Positions 11,100-31,642 of a DNA stretch of 64,000 bases are shown one piece after another. The first letter of the stretch is position 1. The number at the start of each line of letters is the position of its first letter. Source of the DNA: Rebecca billardiae RCC1528. Its lineage: Eukaryota; Protista; Haptophyta. The DNA lies in contig OZ251252.1 in assembly GCA_965240325.2 (NCBI GenBank), positions 372,001 through 436,000 of the forward strand, read 5' to 3'. Both the position numbers and the translations under genes were made by a program. The notes beneath the pieces are model-generated. The model did not search any database. It was not told the origin of the DNA and saw nothing but the letters and a program-made list of their open reading frames with translations.

Positions 11100-13925
11100 T
11101 CACGCCGAGGCGCCGCCCGCCTCGCCCCGCGGCGCCGCGCTGCCGGCGTCGGACGCGTCGCCGGCGAGGTTGAACTCGCCCTCGAGCTCGCTCTCGCTCT
11201 CGCCCACGCTCTCCTCCTCCTCCTCCGCCGCGTGCAGCCGCCGCAGCTCGCGCTGCAGGAGCAAGTACTCGCGGTCGCCCCTGAGGAGCTGCTGCTGCCG
11301 CGCGCCGAGAGCGTCGCGCACCTCGCGCACGAAGGCCTCCTGCGGGTGCGGCAGCCCGTGCTCCCCGGTGATCGTCGACGCCCACCGCCGCTGCGTCTGC
11401 CGCCCCGTCCGCGCGTCCGCGTCCACGTACGCGCGGAACGCCGCCGGCACCGTCTGCATGCGCGGGTCCATGAGCAGCTCTGGCAGCCATGCAAGTTCAG
11501 GCTCGTCCATCAGGTGGACGCCGAGCGCGTACCCGCGCGAGTAGATGTCCGGCACCGCGCGCGGCGCGTAGAACACCGACTCCCACCGCGCGCGCGCGTG
11601 CAGCTCGCCCAGCTCGACCGCCGCGCGCCGCATCGCCAGCGCCTCGCGCGCGCGCGCCTGCGCGGCCGTCTCAGAGGCCAACTGCAGCCGGACGGCGCCG
11701 ACGAGGGAGGCGCGGCGCGAGCGCGAGCCGCTCGACGAGATCGCCATCTGCCGGCGCTCCCCCGCCGAGAAGCCCACGCCCTGGCCCAGCAGCTTCTCGC
11801 GCTCCTGCGCGCACGGAGGAAGCGAGCCAGGCGGCGGGGCGCGGCGCGCGCGGCGCGCGGCACGTGCGGGCAGCGCGCGCGGAGGCGGAGGCGGGGCGGT
11901 GGAGCGGCACGCGTGAGCGCGGCGGGGGCGGGGCGGGGCGGTGCGCGCGCGGGGCGGGGGCCGCGCGTGCAGCGACCCCCCGAGCGCGCGCGCGCGCACG
12001 CGCGCGCGCACGCACGCACCCGCTGCGCCTTGCGCTGCGTCACGGCCGGCGCCTCGACTACCGGCAAATCGGCCAATTCGGCGCCTTTTGCAAAGTCGTA
12101 GTAGTACACGCCGCACACCTCCTCCTCGGCGTCGGAGGAGGCGGAGGAGGCGGCGTCGGCGTGGGCGGGCGCGCGCGGCGCCGCGCCGGCCAGACGCGCG
12201 TCGAGCGAGTCCGGCCGCTGCAGCGAGGCGTGCGCCTCTGGCGAGCGCGGCGAGCGCGGCGCGGCGGCGGCGCGCGGCGGCCGAGGCCGAGCGAACTGAA
12301 GGACGTGCGCGAGGTGGGACCACTTGCGCGCGCGCGCGCCGAGCCGCTTGCGCTCGGCGCCCACGAACGCCTGCAGCGCGGGCAGGAACGGGTGCTCGTC
12401 GAGGATCTCGCCCGTCAGCTCGTGCACAAAGTGCCCGCCGGCGCGCCGCCGGTAGGCAAAACTGCTGCCGGCGGCGGCGGCGGCGGCGCGCGCGGCCGGC
12501 TCGGCGCGCCGCGCGCCGCCCGCCGTGGGTGCGGCCGTGGGCGAGGGCATCGAGGGCGCGGGCGGCGAGCTGGCGGCGGTGTCCTCGTCGTCGTCCGCCA
12601 TCACCAGGTCGGAGAGCGGCCGCCGCCCGGCGGGCGAGCGCAGCGGCGTGCCTCGAGCCAACGGCAAGCGATCGGCGCCGCCGCCCGCGGCCGCGCCGTC
12701 CGCGCCGCCGCCGCCGCTGCCCGCGCCGCGCGGCGGCGCTCGGCCGGGGCCCGAGGCGCCGGGGCCGCGCTCCGGCGTGCTCCGCCCGCGGGCGGCCTCG
12801 GGCGTGCCGCCGCCACGGCCGCGCAGCTCGGGCGTGCTCGCGAAGGAGGCGCGCCCCCCTGTGGGTGGCGTCTTGGCGCGTGCGGCCGAGCCGGCCTCGG
12901 CCGCGGCCGCGGCCGAGGCCGCGCGCGCGGGCGTCGCGCTGGGCGGCTGCTGCTGCGCGGCGGCGCGCGCGGCGGCGACGCAGCCGAGCGCGCTCCCGCC
13001 GCCCGCACCGCCGCCCGCACCGCCGCCGCCGTGCTCCTCAGCATGGCGGCTGAAGCTCGCGCGCCGGCTGTTGCCCCGCGACTCGAGCGACGCGCGCGCC
13101 ACGCCCTCGGCGCGCGCGCGCGCCACGACCGCCTCCGACGCCGCCTCCGCCTCGGCGCGTGAGGCGTGCTCGTGCCACTGCGCGGGGACCGGCGCCGTGA
13201 GCGCCTCGAGCGCGATCCACACCAGCGCCAGGTCGTCCTCCGGCGCCGGCCCCGGCGCGTCCAGGTACCGAGATTGCGATCTCGCCGAGGAGGTGACGCG
13301 CATCGACGTCCGCCACGCGGCGCGCTTGCGCGCCGCCGGCGTCGCAAGTCGCTCCGCCTCGACGGCGGGAGTAGGGAGCCAGATGCCGAGGCGGCGGCAC
13401 ATGGCGCGCACGTCGCGCGGGTCGATCGGCCGCGCGCCGTCGCTCCCGGCCGCCTCCGAGAGGAACGCGCGCGCGCGCAGCCCCGTCGCGGCGCGCGTCA
13501 GCTCCCACGGCGACGGCGCGGCCGCGGCGGCGCGCGGCCGCGGCGACGGCTGCGCAGAGGAGGCTGAGGACAGCAGAAGCGAATCTAGGGTGGGCCCGGC
13601 GGCGAGGCCGAGGCTGGGGCGCGGCGCGCGGCGCGGGGGCGAGTCGCCCAGCCGCGCGCCGGCGCCGCCGAGCGCGCCGCCGCCGCTCGCACCGCCACCG
13701 CCACCGGCCGCGCCGGCCGCCGCCGCCCCGCCGCGCCGCGCGGCGGTGGCGGCGGAGGGCGAGGGTGGCGCGCCGCCGCCGCCGCGCCGCGACGGGGGGC
13801 GGCCGGCGGCAGCGTGTGCCGTGGGCGCGTGCGGCGGCGGTGCGGCCGGCGAGCCGCGCGCGTCGAGGCCCCCGCCGCCGGCGCGCACGCTCACGCCGCG
13901 CGCCTCCGCCCCTTCCCACACGCCT

Positions 13926-13956
<31 letters not shown>

Positions 13957-16475
13957 CGTCGAGCGAAGCCGCAGCGCGCACCAATTCGCCGTCGGCGGCG
14001 GCGGCTGCGGCGGCGCGCGCGCCCAGCGCACGCAGCGCGCTGTCTGCGCGCGCGGCGAGGGCGTGCGCCGCCTCCGCGAGCGCCTTGGCCAGCCTCCGCC
14101 GCGCCGCCGCGCGCTCCGCGTCGTACCACGGCTCCAGCCGGTCGCTCTCCCCCGGCGTCCGCGACGTGTCCAGCGCCGCCGCCACCGCCGCAGCTGTTTC
14201 CTCCGAGTCAGCCGATAGCGCGAGCGCCGCCGCGCCCGACGCGCCGCCTCCGCCGCCGCCGCCGCCGGCGGCGGAGCTGAGGGCGAAGGAGGGCGTGAGG
14301 ATGGGCGGGAGCCCGCCGCCCGCGAGCGAGCCGATCGAGAGCCGGCTGCCGCGCACGCCGATCGCCGCCCTCGGCGCCGCCAGCCCGGCGGCGCCGCCGC
14401 CGCCGCCGCGCGCGCCGCCGCCCGCCGAGCCTGCGGCGGCGGCGTCAGCCAAGCCGGCGCCCGCGCCGCTCTGCGCGGCGGCGGCGGCGGCGGCGTCGAT
14501 CGCGCGCGCGACGGCGGCGCGCGCGCCGCGCAGCTCCTCCCCCAGCGCGCGCACGCGCACCTTCAGCCCGTACCGCCGCGCGTACAGCGGCTCGACGAAC
14601 GCGAGCGCGCGCGCCGGCGCGTCCGCCTGAAGCGCCAGCCGCGCGCTCAGGTCAGTCAGACCTGACGGCAGCCACGCGCGCTGCGCGGCGAGCACGGTGG
14701 AGGGCGGGCACGCGGCCTCGAGCGCGGCGAGCGCGGCGAGCCGGCCCGACGCGACGTTCAGCTCGGCCTTCGCGCCGCGCGAGCCGAGCGGCGCGCGCAG
14801 CACCGCGCGCGTCGCGCCGCCGCCGCCGGGCGCGCCCGCGCGCGCGTCGCGCCGCGCGCGCACGCCGTCCAGCCGAGCGCGCGCCGCGCTCACGGCGAGC
14901 TTGGCGTGGCCCTGGCGCTCGGAGAGCAGCCGGCGCACGTTGAAGGCGCGGTAGGTCGGCGTCGTCCGCGCGACCACGCTCGCCACCGGCCGGTCCGCGC
15001 GCAGCCCGAGCGCGGCGGAAGTTTCCGGAAAGTTCGGGTTGGCGTGCTGCAGCGCGGTCTGAATCGCCTCGACCAGCGCGCGCGGCTCGCCGTAGCGCTG
15101 GTCGGCGTGCGACGGGCGCACGCGGAGGCGCACGGTGACGACGGGCATCGCGCCCAGCCCCGGCCCGCGCCCGGTGCCGCCGCCCTCCATCGCCGCCTCG
15201 ACGACGAGCCGCGCGCCTTCGGGCGCGGCCGCGCGCACGGCGGCGAGCGCGGCCGATTCGGCGGCGCCGCCGCCGCCGACGCCGCCGACGCTGGCGCTGG
15301 CGCGCGAGACGGCGGCGTGCATCGCCAGCGCGGCCTCCGCGCTCCCGCCCGCCGCCGCCTCGGCCATCGCCGCCGCCGTCGCCGCCTCCGCCGCGCGCTC
15401 GCGCGCGTCCGCGTCGACGCCATCGTCATCGCCGCCGCCATCGTCGATGCCCAGATAGGCGCAGAGGTCCGTTGGCAGTCCGGCCGCGAACGCGAGCACG
15501 AGGTCGCGGCCGGTGCGCACCTCGGGGCCGCGCAGCGTGCACTCGAGCGTCACCGTCGTCGGCGGCACGTGCGTGAGCGCGCGCAGCTCGGCGCACGCCT
15601 CGCGCGCGCCGCGCAGCTGCTCGAGCGTCGCGCGCGCGCGCTTGTACACCGGCTTCACCGCCTCCGTCGCGAAGAGCTCGGCGTTGAGCGCCGCGCGCGC
15701 CGCGTGCAGCGCGTGCCACCGCGCGCGCGCGACGCTCTCCTCGAGGCTCGCGAGCACGCGCAGCGCGCCCGAGACGCGCTGCAGCTCGCACGAGAGCCGC
15801 TGCACCGCGCTCACGTCCGCCAGCGCCGCGGGCAGCAGCGGGCCCAGCTCCCGGATCGTCGCCTCCGCGTCGGCCAGCAACTCGCGCGCGCGCGCGGCAA
15901 ACACGCGGCGCGACGTGCGCGCCGCGTCCGGACCGAGCTCCTCGGAGAGTCCGGTGAGCGCGTCGCGCTGGCCGCGGCGCCGCTCGGCGATCTCGCACGC
16001 GCGGTGCGCCGCGCCGAGCGGCGGCTGCGCCGCGTGCTGCGCGCGCAGCTCGGCGAGCGCGCGCGCCGTGTGCCACACAGTCCCCATCGTGTAACCGACG
16101 CCCACGCCCGCGTAACCGCCGGCGTAACCGCCGGCGGCGTCGGCGCCGGCGTCGGCCGCGGGCGGCGGCTGCGCCTGCACGCGCCGCGCCTCGTCGAGCG
16201 CGCCCTCGATGAACGCGAGCCGCCGCTCGCGCTCGTGCGTCGCGTCCGTCAGCCTGTGCAGGACAGTCAGAGACAGCCCGTCGGGCGGCATGGCGGCGCT
16301 CGGCCGCCGGCCGGCGCGCGGCGCGCCGTGCTCGGCCGCGGCGGCGGCGGCGGCGGCGGCGGGCGGCGTGGGATCGGGGTTGGGCGGCGCCGGGCGCGCA
16401 GAGGTCACGCGCCGCGGCCGGCCGTACACCGCGACGGGCGGCGAGTCGTCCGCCTCCTGCGTCGGCCCAAGCGCT

Positions 16476-16525
<50 letters not shown>

Positions 16526-17389
16526 ACGCCGCGCCGCCGCGCCCGCGCTCGGCGCCGCCGGCGGGACGGCGCTCTTCAGAAACTGCTTGCCGCGGCCGGG
16601 CGCGGTGCGCGCGCGCGACGGGCTCGCCGGCATCGGCGGGAGGGCCGGCGCCTGCAGCGTCGGCGCCTCCAGGCTGAGGAGGCCGGCACGGCCCGCTCCG
16701 GGAGTGCCGCCGCCGGCCGCCGCGCCGCCGCGCGGCGGCGCGCCGCCTTGCGGCGGCGGCGGCGGCTGCTGCGGCTGCTGCAGCGCGGCGGCGGCGGCGG
16801 CGGGCGCGGGCGGCGACGCAGACCGCCGCATTGCGCCCGCGGGGCTCTGCGCGCTGCCGCGCCGGCTGGACGCTCGCGAGCCGCCGGCCGCGCGGCGCTG
16901 CTGGCCGGCCAGCGGCAGCTGCCCTTGCGGCCGAGGCTGCCTGGCGGCGGCGGCGGCGCCGCCGCCGCCGCTGCCGCCGCGCGCGTCTGCGGACGACACG
17001 GGCGTGCCGCCGCGCGGCTGCTCCGAGTCGTCGCCGTCGGCGGCGCCGTCGGCCGCCGCCGCGCCCGGGCTCCGCCTCCGCCGGCTGCTGAAGCTCATGC
17101 TCCCGCCGCCGCCAGTGGGCGTGCCGCCATTACTAGTAGTAGTAGTAGTAGCTGTAGTATCTCCAAAGATGATCTCGAGATTGTGCATCTCGTCTGCCGC
17201 CGCCGCCGCCGCCACCTCGGCCCACGCGCCGTTCTCGAGGGCGGCGGCGGCGGCGATCTCCTCGTCCTCGAGCGCGCGCAGCCGCGCGCCGAGCCACACC
17301 ATCGGCGGCGGCGCCGCGCTGAGCGCAAGCGCCGCCGCCGCCGCCGCCGATGTGCGCCGCCCGCGCGTGCCCTGAGTCCCGCTGAGCCC

Positions 17390-17424
<35 letters not shown>

Positions 17425-20400
17425 GCTCAGCGGGCGCGCCCTGGTCGTAGAGCGCGACGAACTCGCGCAGCGCGGCGGCCATCCCGTGCGCGTGCGCCAC
17501 CGCCGAGAGCAGGTGCGAGTGCTTCGACGCCGCGGAGGGCGGCAGGCTGCGCCGCTGCGCGCGCGTCGCCGCCGCGCGCGCCTCAAGCGCCGCGCGCCGC
17601 GCGGCGCACAGCGCAAGAACTCTGCCGGACTCGGCCGCGCGCTCCTGCGGCGTGAGGGTGGTGGAGGCGACGAGCGCGGCGGACGCGCGGCGCGCGCCGC
17701 GGCTGCCGAGCACCGGGCTCGGCGCCTCGCCGCCCCCCGCCCCATCCGCGCCGCCGCCCGCGCGCGCCGCGCCGTCAGCGCCACCCGCGTCCGCGCCGCC
17801 GCCCGCCGCCTCCGCCGCCGCGCGCTGCGCCTCCAGGATCGCATCGGCGAGTCCGCGCGCGTCCGCCGCGCCGAAGCGCGCAAAGTCGGCGGCGGCGCGC
17901 GAGGCGCGCTCGTACGCGACGTGCACCACCGCGCGCTGCGCGCCCCACCGCCGCAACTGCCGCTGGAACGCCGCCAGCGGCGCCGTCAGTTCGTAGTGGT
18001 TAGCACTTGTCACGCGCAGGTTGAACGCAGCACGCGTCGTCCGCGCGTCGCGCGCGTCCATGCGCGCAATCATCACGCGCACCTGCGGGGGTTGGCGGCG
18101 GGTGGGCGTGGGGAGGCGTGCGCGGGCTGGAGTCACCACGCCGCGTGCAAGGGCGCTGGCGCTGGCGCCACGGCCGGCCGCAGCGGCGATCCGTGTGCGC
18201 GCTCGGCAACAGCAGCGCAGCGCCGGCAGCATCCGCCGTTGCGGCCGCGTTCGCTCAAGCCCGCGCCGGACGGCCCGGGGCGCGCGCGCGAGGGGATCGC
18301 GGCGGCCCGCCGCGCGCACACACCTGCTTCTGCACGCGCACCACCGCGCCCTCGTACGCCGGGAAGGCTTGCACGGCGCGCCGCAGCGCGCGCCGGCGGC
18401 GCCTGAGCGAAAGCTCACGCCGCTTGCGCAGCAGCTCCAGTAGCCCGCGCTCCTCCGCCTCGTCGAGCATGGTGCGCAGCTGCACGAAGCGCAGCTTGCG
18501 CCGCCACGCGTGCTGCAGCACCCGCGCCGCGCCGTCGCGCCGCCCCGCCGCGCGCTGCGCCGCGCGCCGCCACACGAGCGCCGCTCTGAACGCCAGGCCC
18601 ACGCGCCGCCTCATCTCGGCCTTGATGTGTTGTGCACGCTTGCGCTCGGCAAAGGCGGCGGCGGAGCCGTACAGCAGCGCGCACAGCGCGTGCCACCCCT
18701 CCGCGTCGGCCCTCGCCACGCCGCGCGGCAGCCCCAGCTCGTGCGCCGACAGCGCCTCCGCACGCCCCTTCCCCAAGACCGCCTCGAACGCAAATTGCTT
18801 TGCGAGGCGCATCTCGCGCAGCGCGCCCGGCGCGTGCCGCCGCGCGGGCTGATACGCCGAGACGTCGAGCGCCCAGCCACGGCCGGTGGCGTCGGCGTCG
18901 GCGGCGGTGTCGGCGGCGGCGGCGCCGCCCGCCGACACCTCCCCGACCGAGGAGCCGCGCGCCCACGCGCCAGGCTCCGCCGGCGGCGCGCCTTCGCTCC
19001 ACCGCTCCGGGCGGGGGCCGCCGCCGCCGCCGGGGCAGGCGCCAAACCCGCCGCCGCTCGCGCCGCCGAGGCTGGCGACGGCGCCGTCGGCGGTCGCGGG
19101 GGCGGTCGCGGAGGGCGAGGGCTGCTCGTCGTCGGCGGCGTGCCACGCGCCCCGCGCGAGCCCGCCCTCGCCCCCGCCGCCGCCCCGCCGCCGCGTCGGG
19201 CTCGGCACGGGCAGCGCCCCCGCGCCCACCGCCGCAGCGAACGCGATCACATCCAGCGACGGTGCTGCGCCCCCGCCCGCCTGCCGTGGCATGCCCGCGG
19301 GGCGCGGGATGACGCCGTCCGCCCACCAGTCGTCGAACCAGAACTCGCAGAACGGGTCCGAGCCGAGCGGGAGGGGCACGCGCCAGTAGTCCGTCAGCTG
19401 CCGCACGATGAACCCAAAGCCTTGCCAGAGGCAGGGCGCGTCGCGTGGCCAGGGCGCCGGCCTGGGCGCGGGCGGCGCGCGTGCGCGCGCCGGCTGCGGA
19501 GGCGGGTGCGGCGGCGGGTGGGGCGGCGGCTGCGGCTCGGGTGCGCGGGTGCGCGAGGTGTGCGCGGGCGGCGACGCCGTGCGCGCGCCGCCGGCGCCGT
19601 CGTCGTCGTCGTCCAGCCGAGGCCAGTCGCGCCGCCGCCGCGCGGCCGCCGCCGCGCCGCCCGCCGCCGCCGCGCTCGCCGGCCGCCGCCGCGCCGCCGG
19701 CGCGAGCGGCGGCGGCGGCGGCGTCTTGGGCGGCTCCGCGCCGCCCAGCTCGGAGCCCCAGCCCCCGGCGTGCCCCGCCGCGCGCGCCGCCTCCGCCGCC
19801 GCCGCCGCGGGCGTGCTCCCCGCATAGACGAGCGCAGCATGGCCGACGAGGGACGCAGCGCTGCGCTCGGCCGGACGGCGCAGCGCGGCGCGCGCGCCGG
19901 GCGCGGCGGCGGCGCGCGGGGCGGCGGCGACGGGCGGCAGCGGCGGCGGGAGCGAGGGCTGCCGAGCCGGCGGCGCCGCCGCGCTGCTCGGCCGGCGGCT
20001 CGTGCCGAACGACGCGGCGACGGCGGCGGCGGAGGAGGTGCGGCGACGGTTTCGCTTCGCCTCGGCCGCGGCGGCCGCGCGCTTTGCCGCGGCCGCGCGC
20101 GCGGCGGCGCGCGCGCGGCGCGCGGAGAGGACGGACGGGTCGGTGCGCCACGCGTCCGCCGCGCCCTGCGTGTGCTCCAGGTGCTGCAGCGACTTGAGCA
20201 GCGTGATCCGCAGCTCGGCGAGCACGAGGACCACGTCTGCCCGCAGCTGCTCGGCGCTGGGCTCGCGCAGCTGGGCGGCGAACGCGGCGGTGGCCCAGTG
20301 GTGCGCGGTGGGCGCGGGCGCGTGGGCGCGGGCCGTGCGCACCGACAGCTGCCACCGCGTGCCCAGCCGCAGCAGCGCCTGCACCTGCGCCTCGTACACG

Positions 20401-20618
20401 TCCGCGAGGCGCGCGGCCTCGTGCAGCGCGCGCTGCATCGCGACGGCCGGCGGCACGCCGGTGGGCAGCCGGCCGACGACGAAGTCGCGCGCGGAGGGGA
20501 GGACGGTGGAGGCGCGCGCGAGCGCGAAGAGCGCGGCGGACGACGGCGGCGGCGGCGCCGCCGAGGCGAACGCGCGCGCGAGGCGGATGTGCTCCGCGTC
20601 GCCAGGCTGGTCCGCCAT
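11100..20618 (-). CDS. Giant (~3020 aa) coiled-coil/low-complexity protein with IQ motifs and CEP164-type WW modules; 3 exons (20618-18324, 18082-12020, 11804-11100)
   Basis: GT-AG introns 18083-18323 and 11805-12019 join three track ORFs in phase 0, and splicing completes an IQ motif (VVRVQKQ|VRVMIAR). Second IQ: ARVLQHAWRR. CEP164-like segments DDLALVWIALEALTAPVPAQW..FVHELTGEILDEHP and DEPELAWL..WASTITGEHGLPHP. Confidence 0.72.
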
Positions 20619-20740
20619 CCTGCTGCTGTTGTTCGACGTCAAAGCTCTCAAGACGTAACGTCGGGCGTCGGCTGGCGGCTGGCCGACTGCCCGGTCGCGG
20701 GCGGGGGCACGACGACAAGCCAAGTCCTTGACCAAGCGCG

Positions 20741-24781
<4,041 letters not shown>

Positions 24782-25146
24782 GCGCGACGCGCCAGGGCCG
24801 CCGCCTTCGTCGGGGTTGGTTGCGCCGCCGTGCCGTCGGGCCGGCGCCATCTTAGACTTATGTATCGACAGATCACTGCGAATGTCATCGGCCGAATCCG
24901 GAGTTGTGGATTGTGGAAGCAAACTTTCTCTCGGCCGACCCTCCGAAAGATGCAGGAATCCGGGTACCTGCTCTAGCAAGCAGCGTTGGCGGCTGATTAT
25001 TGGGCCGCACGGGTCGCCGCCTATTCATCGCGCCCAAACCTGGGCAGCCGTAGCCGCGGCTCATCACGGGAGCGCTGAGGAAGCGCGTGCGCAGCGCGAC
25101 GGCGCCAGACAGCGGGGGCGGCCATCAGCCACCGGGGCGCCGGCGG

Positions 25147-28485
<3,339 letters not shown>

Positions 28486-28670
28486 GCGCCGACTGGCGCC
28501 AGCAGCCTCACTCACGCCGCACTGTGGCCTCGGTGCGGCCTGTGTGCCGAGTGCGCGTGATGACCGCGATATTGATTTCTGAACGCCATTGGAGTCGACT
28601 TGAGGACTACGGGCACTCGCGGCCGCTCCGGCCGTCGTCCCGGCGCTCAGCAGCGTCAGTATAGTAATTA

Positions 28671-28774
<104 letters not shown>

Positions 28775-29679
28775 CTTAGATGTATATCACAGTGCAGGAT
28801 TGGAATTTTCCGTGACGCTTCGGACGGTCCGCAGCTCGAGTCAGCGAATCCGGTCTCGGCCGGACAGTGGAACTCGGGTGGAAGCCGCGACTTCGCGGCG
28901 GACGGAGCCTCAAACGAGCGGTGCCTCGGCTCGCGGCGCGATCTACTCGGCGAAGACCGACGAGGCTGCTCGCGGGCCCGACTATGCGTCGACGCGGGCT
29001 GGGGTCGTCTTCCGCGTGGCGCTGGGCAAGTTCCTCGCCGCCCTGACGGGTGCTCTCCTTTCGCCCTCACGGCGCGCGCGGTGCGTTTCGCGAGCTTCTT
29101 GCATGCGCCGCCCGCGGTTGCGCCCGAGCCTGATGCTTCAGTCGACACGGCAGGTGGCTCGCGCAGGGTGGGATTGTGTGCGGGTGCCGCTGGCGGTGCG
29201 TCTCACCCTCCTGAAATTGTGTGGGAGGCTGTGACATTGCACGCGTACACCCCGCCACGCCCGCGGCCCGCCCGCGCAAACGCCGCGCCGCGCAGTTGTC
29301 TTTGACCTCGAGCGAGCCTGAGGCGTGGAGGCGACCGACGGCGGGGTGCGACTTGCCCATCGACCCGAGCCGCATCACCCAGCGCAGCCTCGCCCGCGAC
29401 GACGCTTCGCCTGGCTGCCACTGCTCAGCCGCGTGCAAGGCGGGCAGTGGGCGACGTCTTTGCCGAGCGCGGCTGCAGCGCAGCACGCGAGAGGCTGGAG
29501 CACCATGACGCGGATGGCGGAGCGGGCTTTGGGCTGGCTGGCATGAGCCGCCAGGCTGTACCGTCCGCGCAGATCGCGCTCGGCCCGGCCGCAGCCCTCC
29601 TGAGCGCGCGCCTCAGAGCTGAGACTGATCACGTGCACGCGCACAAGCCACACTGCCGTGGCTGTGTCGAGCAGCTGCG

Positions 29680-30420
29680 TGTGCTCGAGGCGCGGCGCTC
29701 GCACGGGCCACGCGGGCGCAGCGGGTGCGCGCAGCTGGCGCACGCAGTGCCACGTCCTGCCGTGCCAGTTTGGCGGCCGTCCGCCCCCCCGAGCTCGAGT
29801 TCTGCGCGCTTTGCGACGGCGCGGCCGGCCGCGCCCATCTTCATGCTTGGGCACGCCAGCATGGCCGCCGCCGGGCCTGCTGCGCGCGCCGAAGCTGGAG
29901 GGCGGAGGAGGGCGCTGGGCTGCTCCTACGGCGTGCTGCAGCCCGGGCAGGCTTTTCCGCGGCGCGGCGAGGCCGTCGCGCCTGCTCGCCGCCGTCGAGT
30001 CGCCCGTGCTGAGTGACCGTCGGCCGCATGTGCTCGGCGGCACCGCAGGCAGGCGTCCCATACCAGTGTGCTCGAGCCGCTGCGCGCACCCAAGACGAGC
30101 TGCTCGAGCGGGCTAGGTGGGCCCACGGAGTGCGCGCAGCTGGCGCACGCAGCCCCGCGTCATGGGGTGTCGGTTTGACGGTCGCCAGCCCCCGTGGGCT
30201 CGAGCTCTGTGCGCTTCACCACGGAGGTGCCGACGGCGCCCCGCGGCGCGCAACGGCGTGGCAGCATGGCCGCCGCCGGCGCCGCCGCACATGCCGCCGC
30301 TTACGGGCAGTCGAGAGCTTGGGGCAGCACCTACGGCATGCTGCAGCTCGGGCGGGCTCTGCCAGCCTGCTGTGGCGTGATCGCGCATTTTCCAGACCGT
30401 CGACTCGCCCGCGCTGCATA
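29680..30420. repeat. Diverged tandem duplication, 405-bp period
   Basis: Anchors gtgcgcgcagctggcgcacgcag (29725/30130), cagcatggccgccgccgg (29857/30262) and cctacggc (29925/30330) are all offset by 405 bp. Confidence 0.85.
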
Positions 30421-31642
30421 TTTGTTTGCTGCGCGTGCTCGACGGCGCCGCTGCTGCCGCTACGGCCGCGCGTTGCTGCGTCGCGAGCGAGCCCGATGCG
30501 AGCTGAACGGCGGCGTGCTCATCGCTGCTGGCGCAGATGGGCGCGTCATGGTGGCCACGCACGATGCTGAGTGCTCGCGCGTGCCAGACGAGGCGCGTGC
30601 TCGCGCTGTGGCTCAATGTCCGGCAGTGCGCGTGGCAGGCCGCAGCTGCTCGACAACAGAACCAGCGGGCAGTGATCGGGCTGCGCGCGCGCAGCTGATG
30701 GCGGCGAACGAGCGAGCCCGCACCGCCGCGCAAGGGCTGGGCGACTGGCGCCGAGGTGGCGCGCACGTCGTCCGCTGCCGTTGGCATCGCGGCGGACGCT
30801 TCAAGCTCGTTCGGCCGGCGTGTTTTCTCCGACGCCCACCTGCGAGCGCTGCCGGCACCGTGCTCGGGCGTCAGTATCGGTGGGCTCGAGCACGCGTGGT
30901 GAGGCGCTCGGAGCGGTCGACGGCCATGATCGGGCAGCGCACGGTGGGCGCAGGCCACGCGCACGCCAGCGCCCCGCGTGGCGTGGCTTCACGGGGCGCA
31001 GCCACCAGGAGACTGTGCTGCGACGAGCTCGGGCGCGCTCGGGCGCCGCTGCTCTGCATTTTCCCGAAAAATCGGTTTTCGTGCCCTCGACCGGCGGTAT
31101 GCCGCCGGGGTGGCCGCAGCTGCGCTCGGAGCAGCGCGCACGGGCACCGCCGTGTGCGCCCGCCCGCTTTCGCCGCCGCCGAGCTCGAGCACAGCGCTGC
31201 GCGGGGCTGCGTAATGCCAACGGCGCATGATTTTTTGCCCGCGCCGAGCGCGCGTCGGCGCGCGCAGCGCGCTCAGGTGTGGCCTGCTACCAAGGTCTGT
31301 GCCACGATTCGACGCGCCTATGGTGCGCCGAATTTAGGCGCACCGCTTCAGAATTGTCCGATGATTCGACTAGTGGTGCGGACAACTTAAAACGTCACCC
31401 TGTGCAGTTTTCCGGCACTGTGATATTATATATATTACTAATATATATATTAATATTCGCGACGACGACGTGACGACGACTGTAGTTTACCCGGCGCGGC
31501 GCCGCCGCGGCCCGCGTCGTCATCAGCAGCAGCCTCGTCATCCGTCATCGCGAGTCGTCATCGGACAGACGATGACGACTATATGACGAGGCGCGGGCCT
31601 GACGAACGCGACGACGTCGACAGTCGTCCGGCGCGCCCGCCT

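Noticed and set aside
7623-18406. Long plus-strand ORFs (7623-10949, 12525-14630, 14906-18406)
   Set aside because: Antisense shadows of minus-strand genes; Arg/Ala-rich with no motifs.
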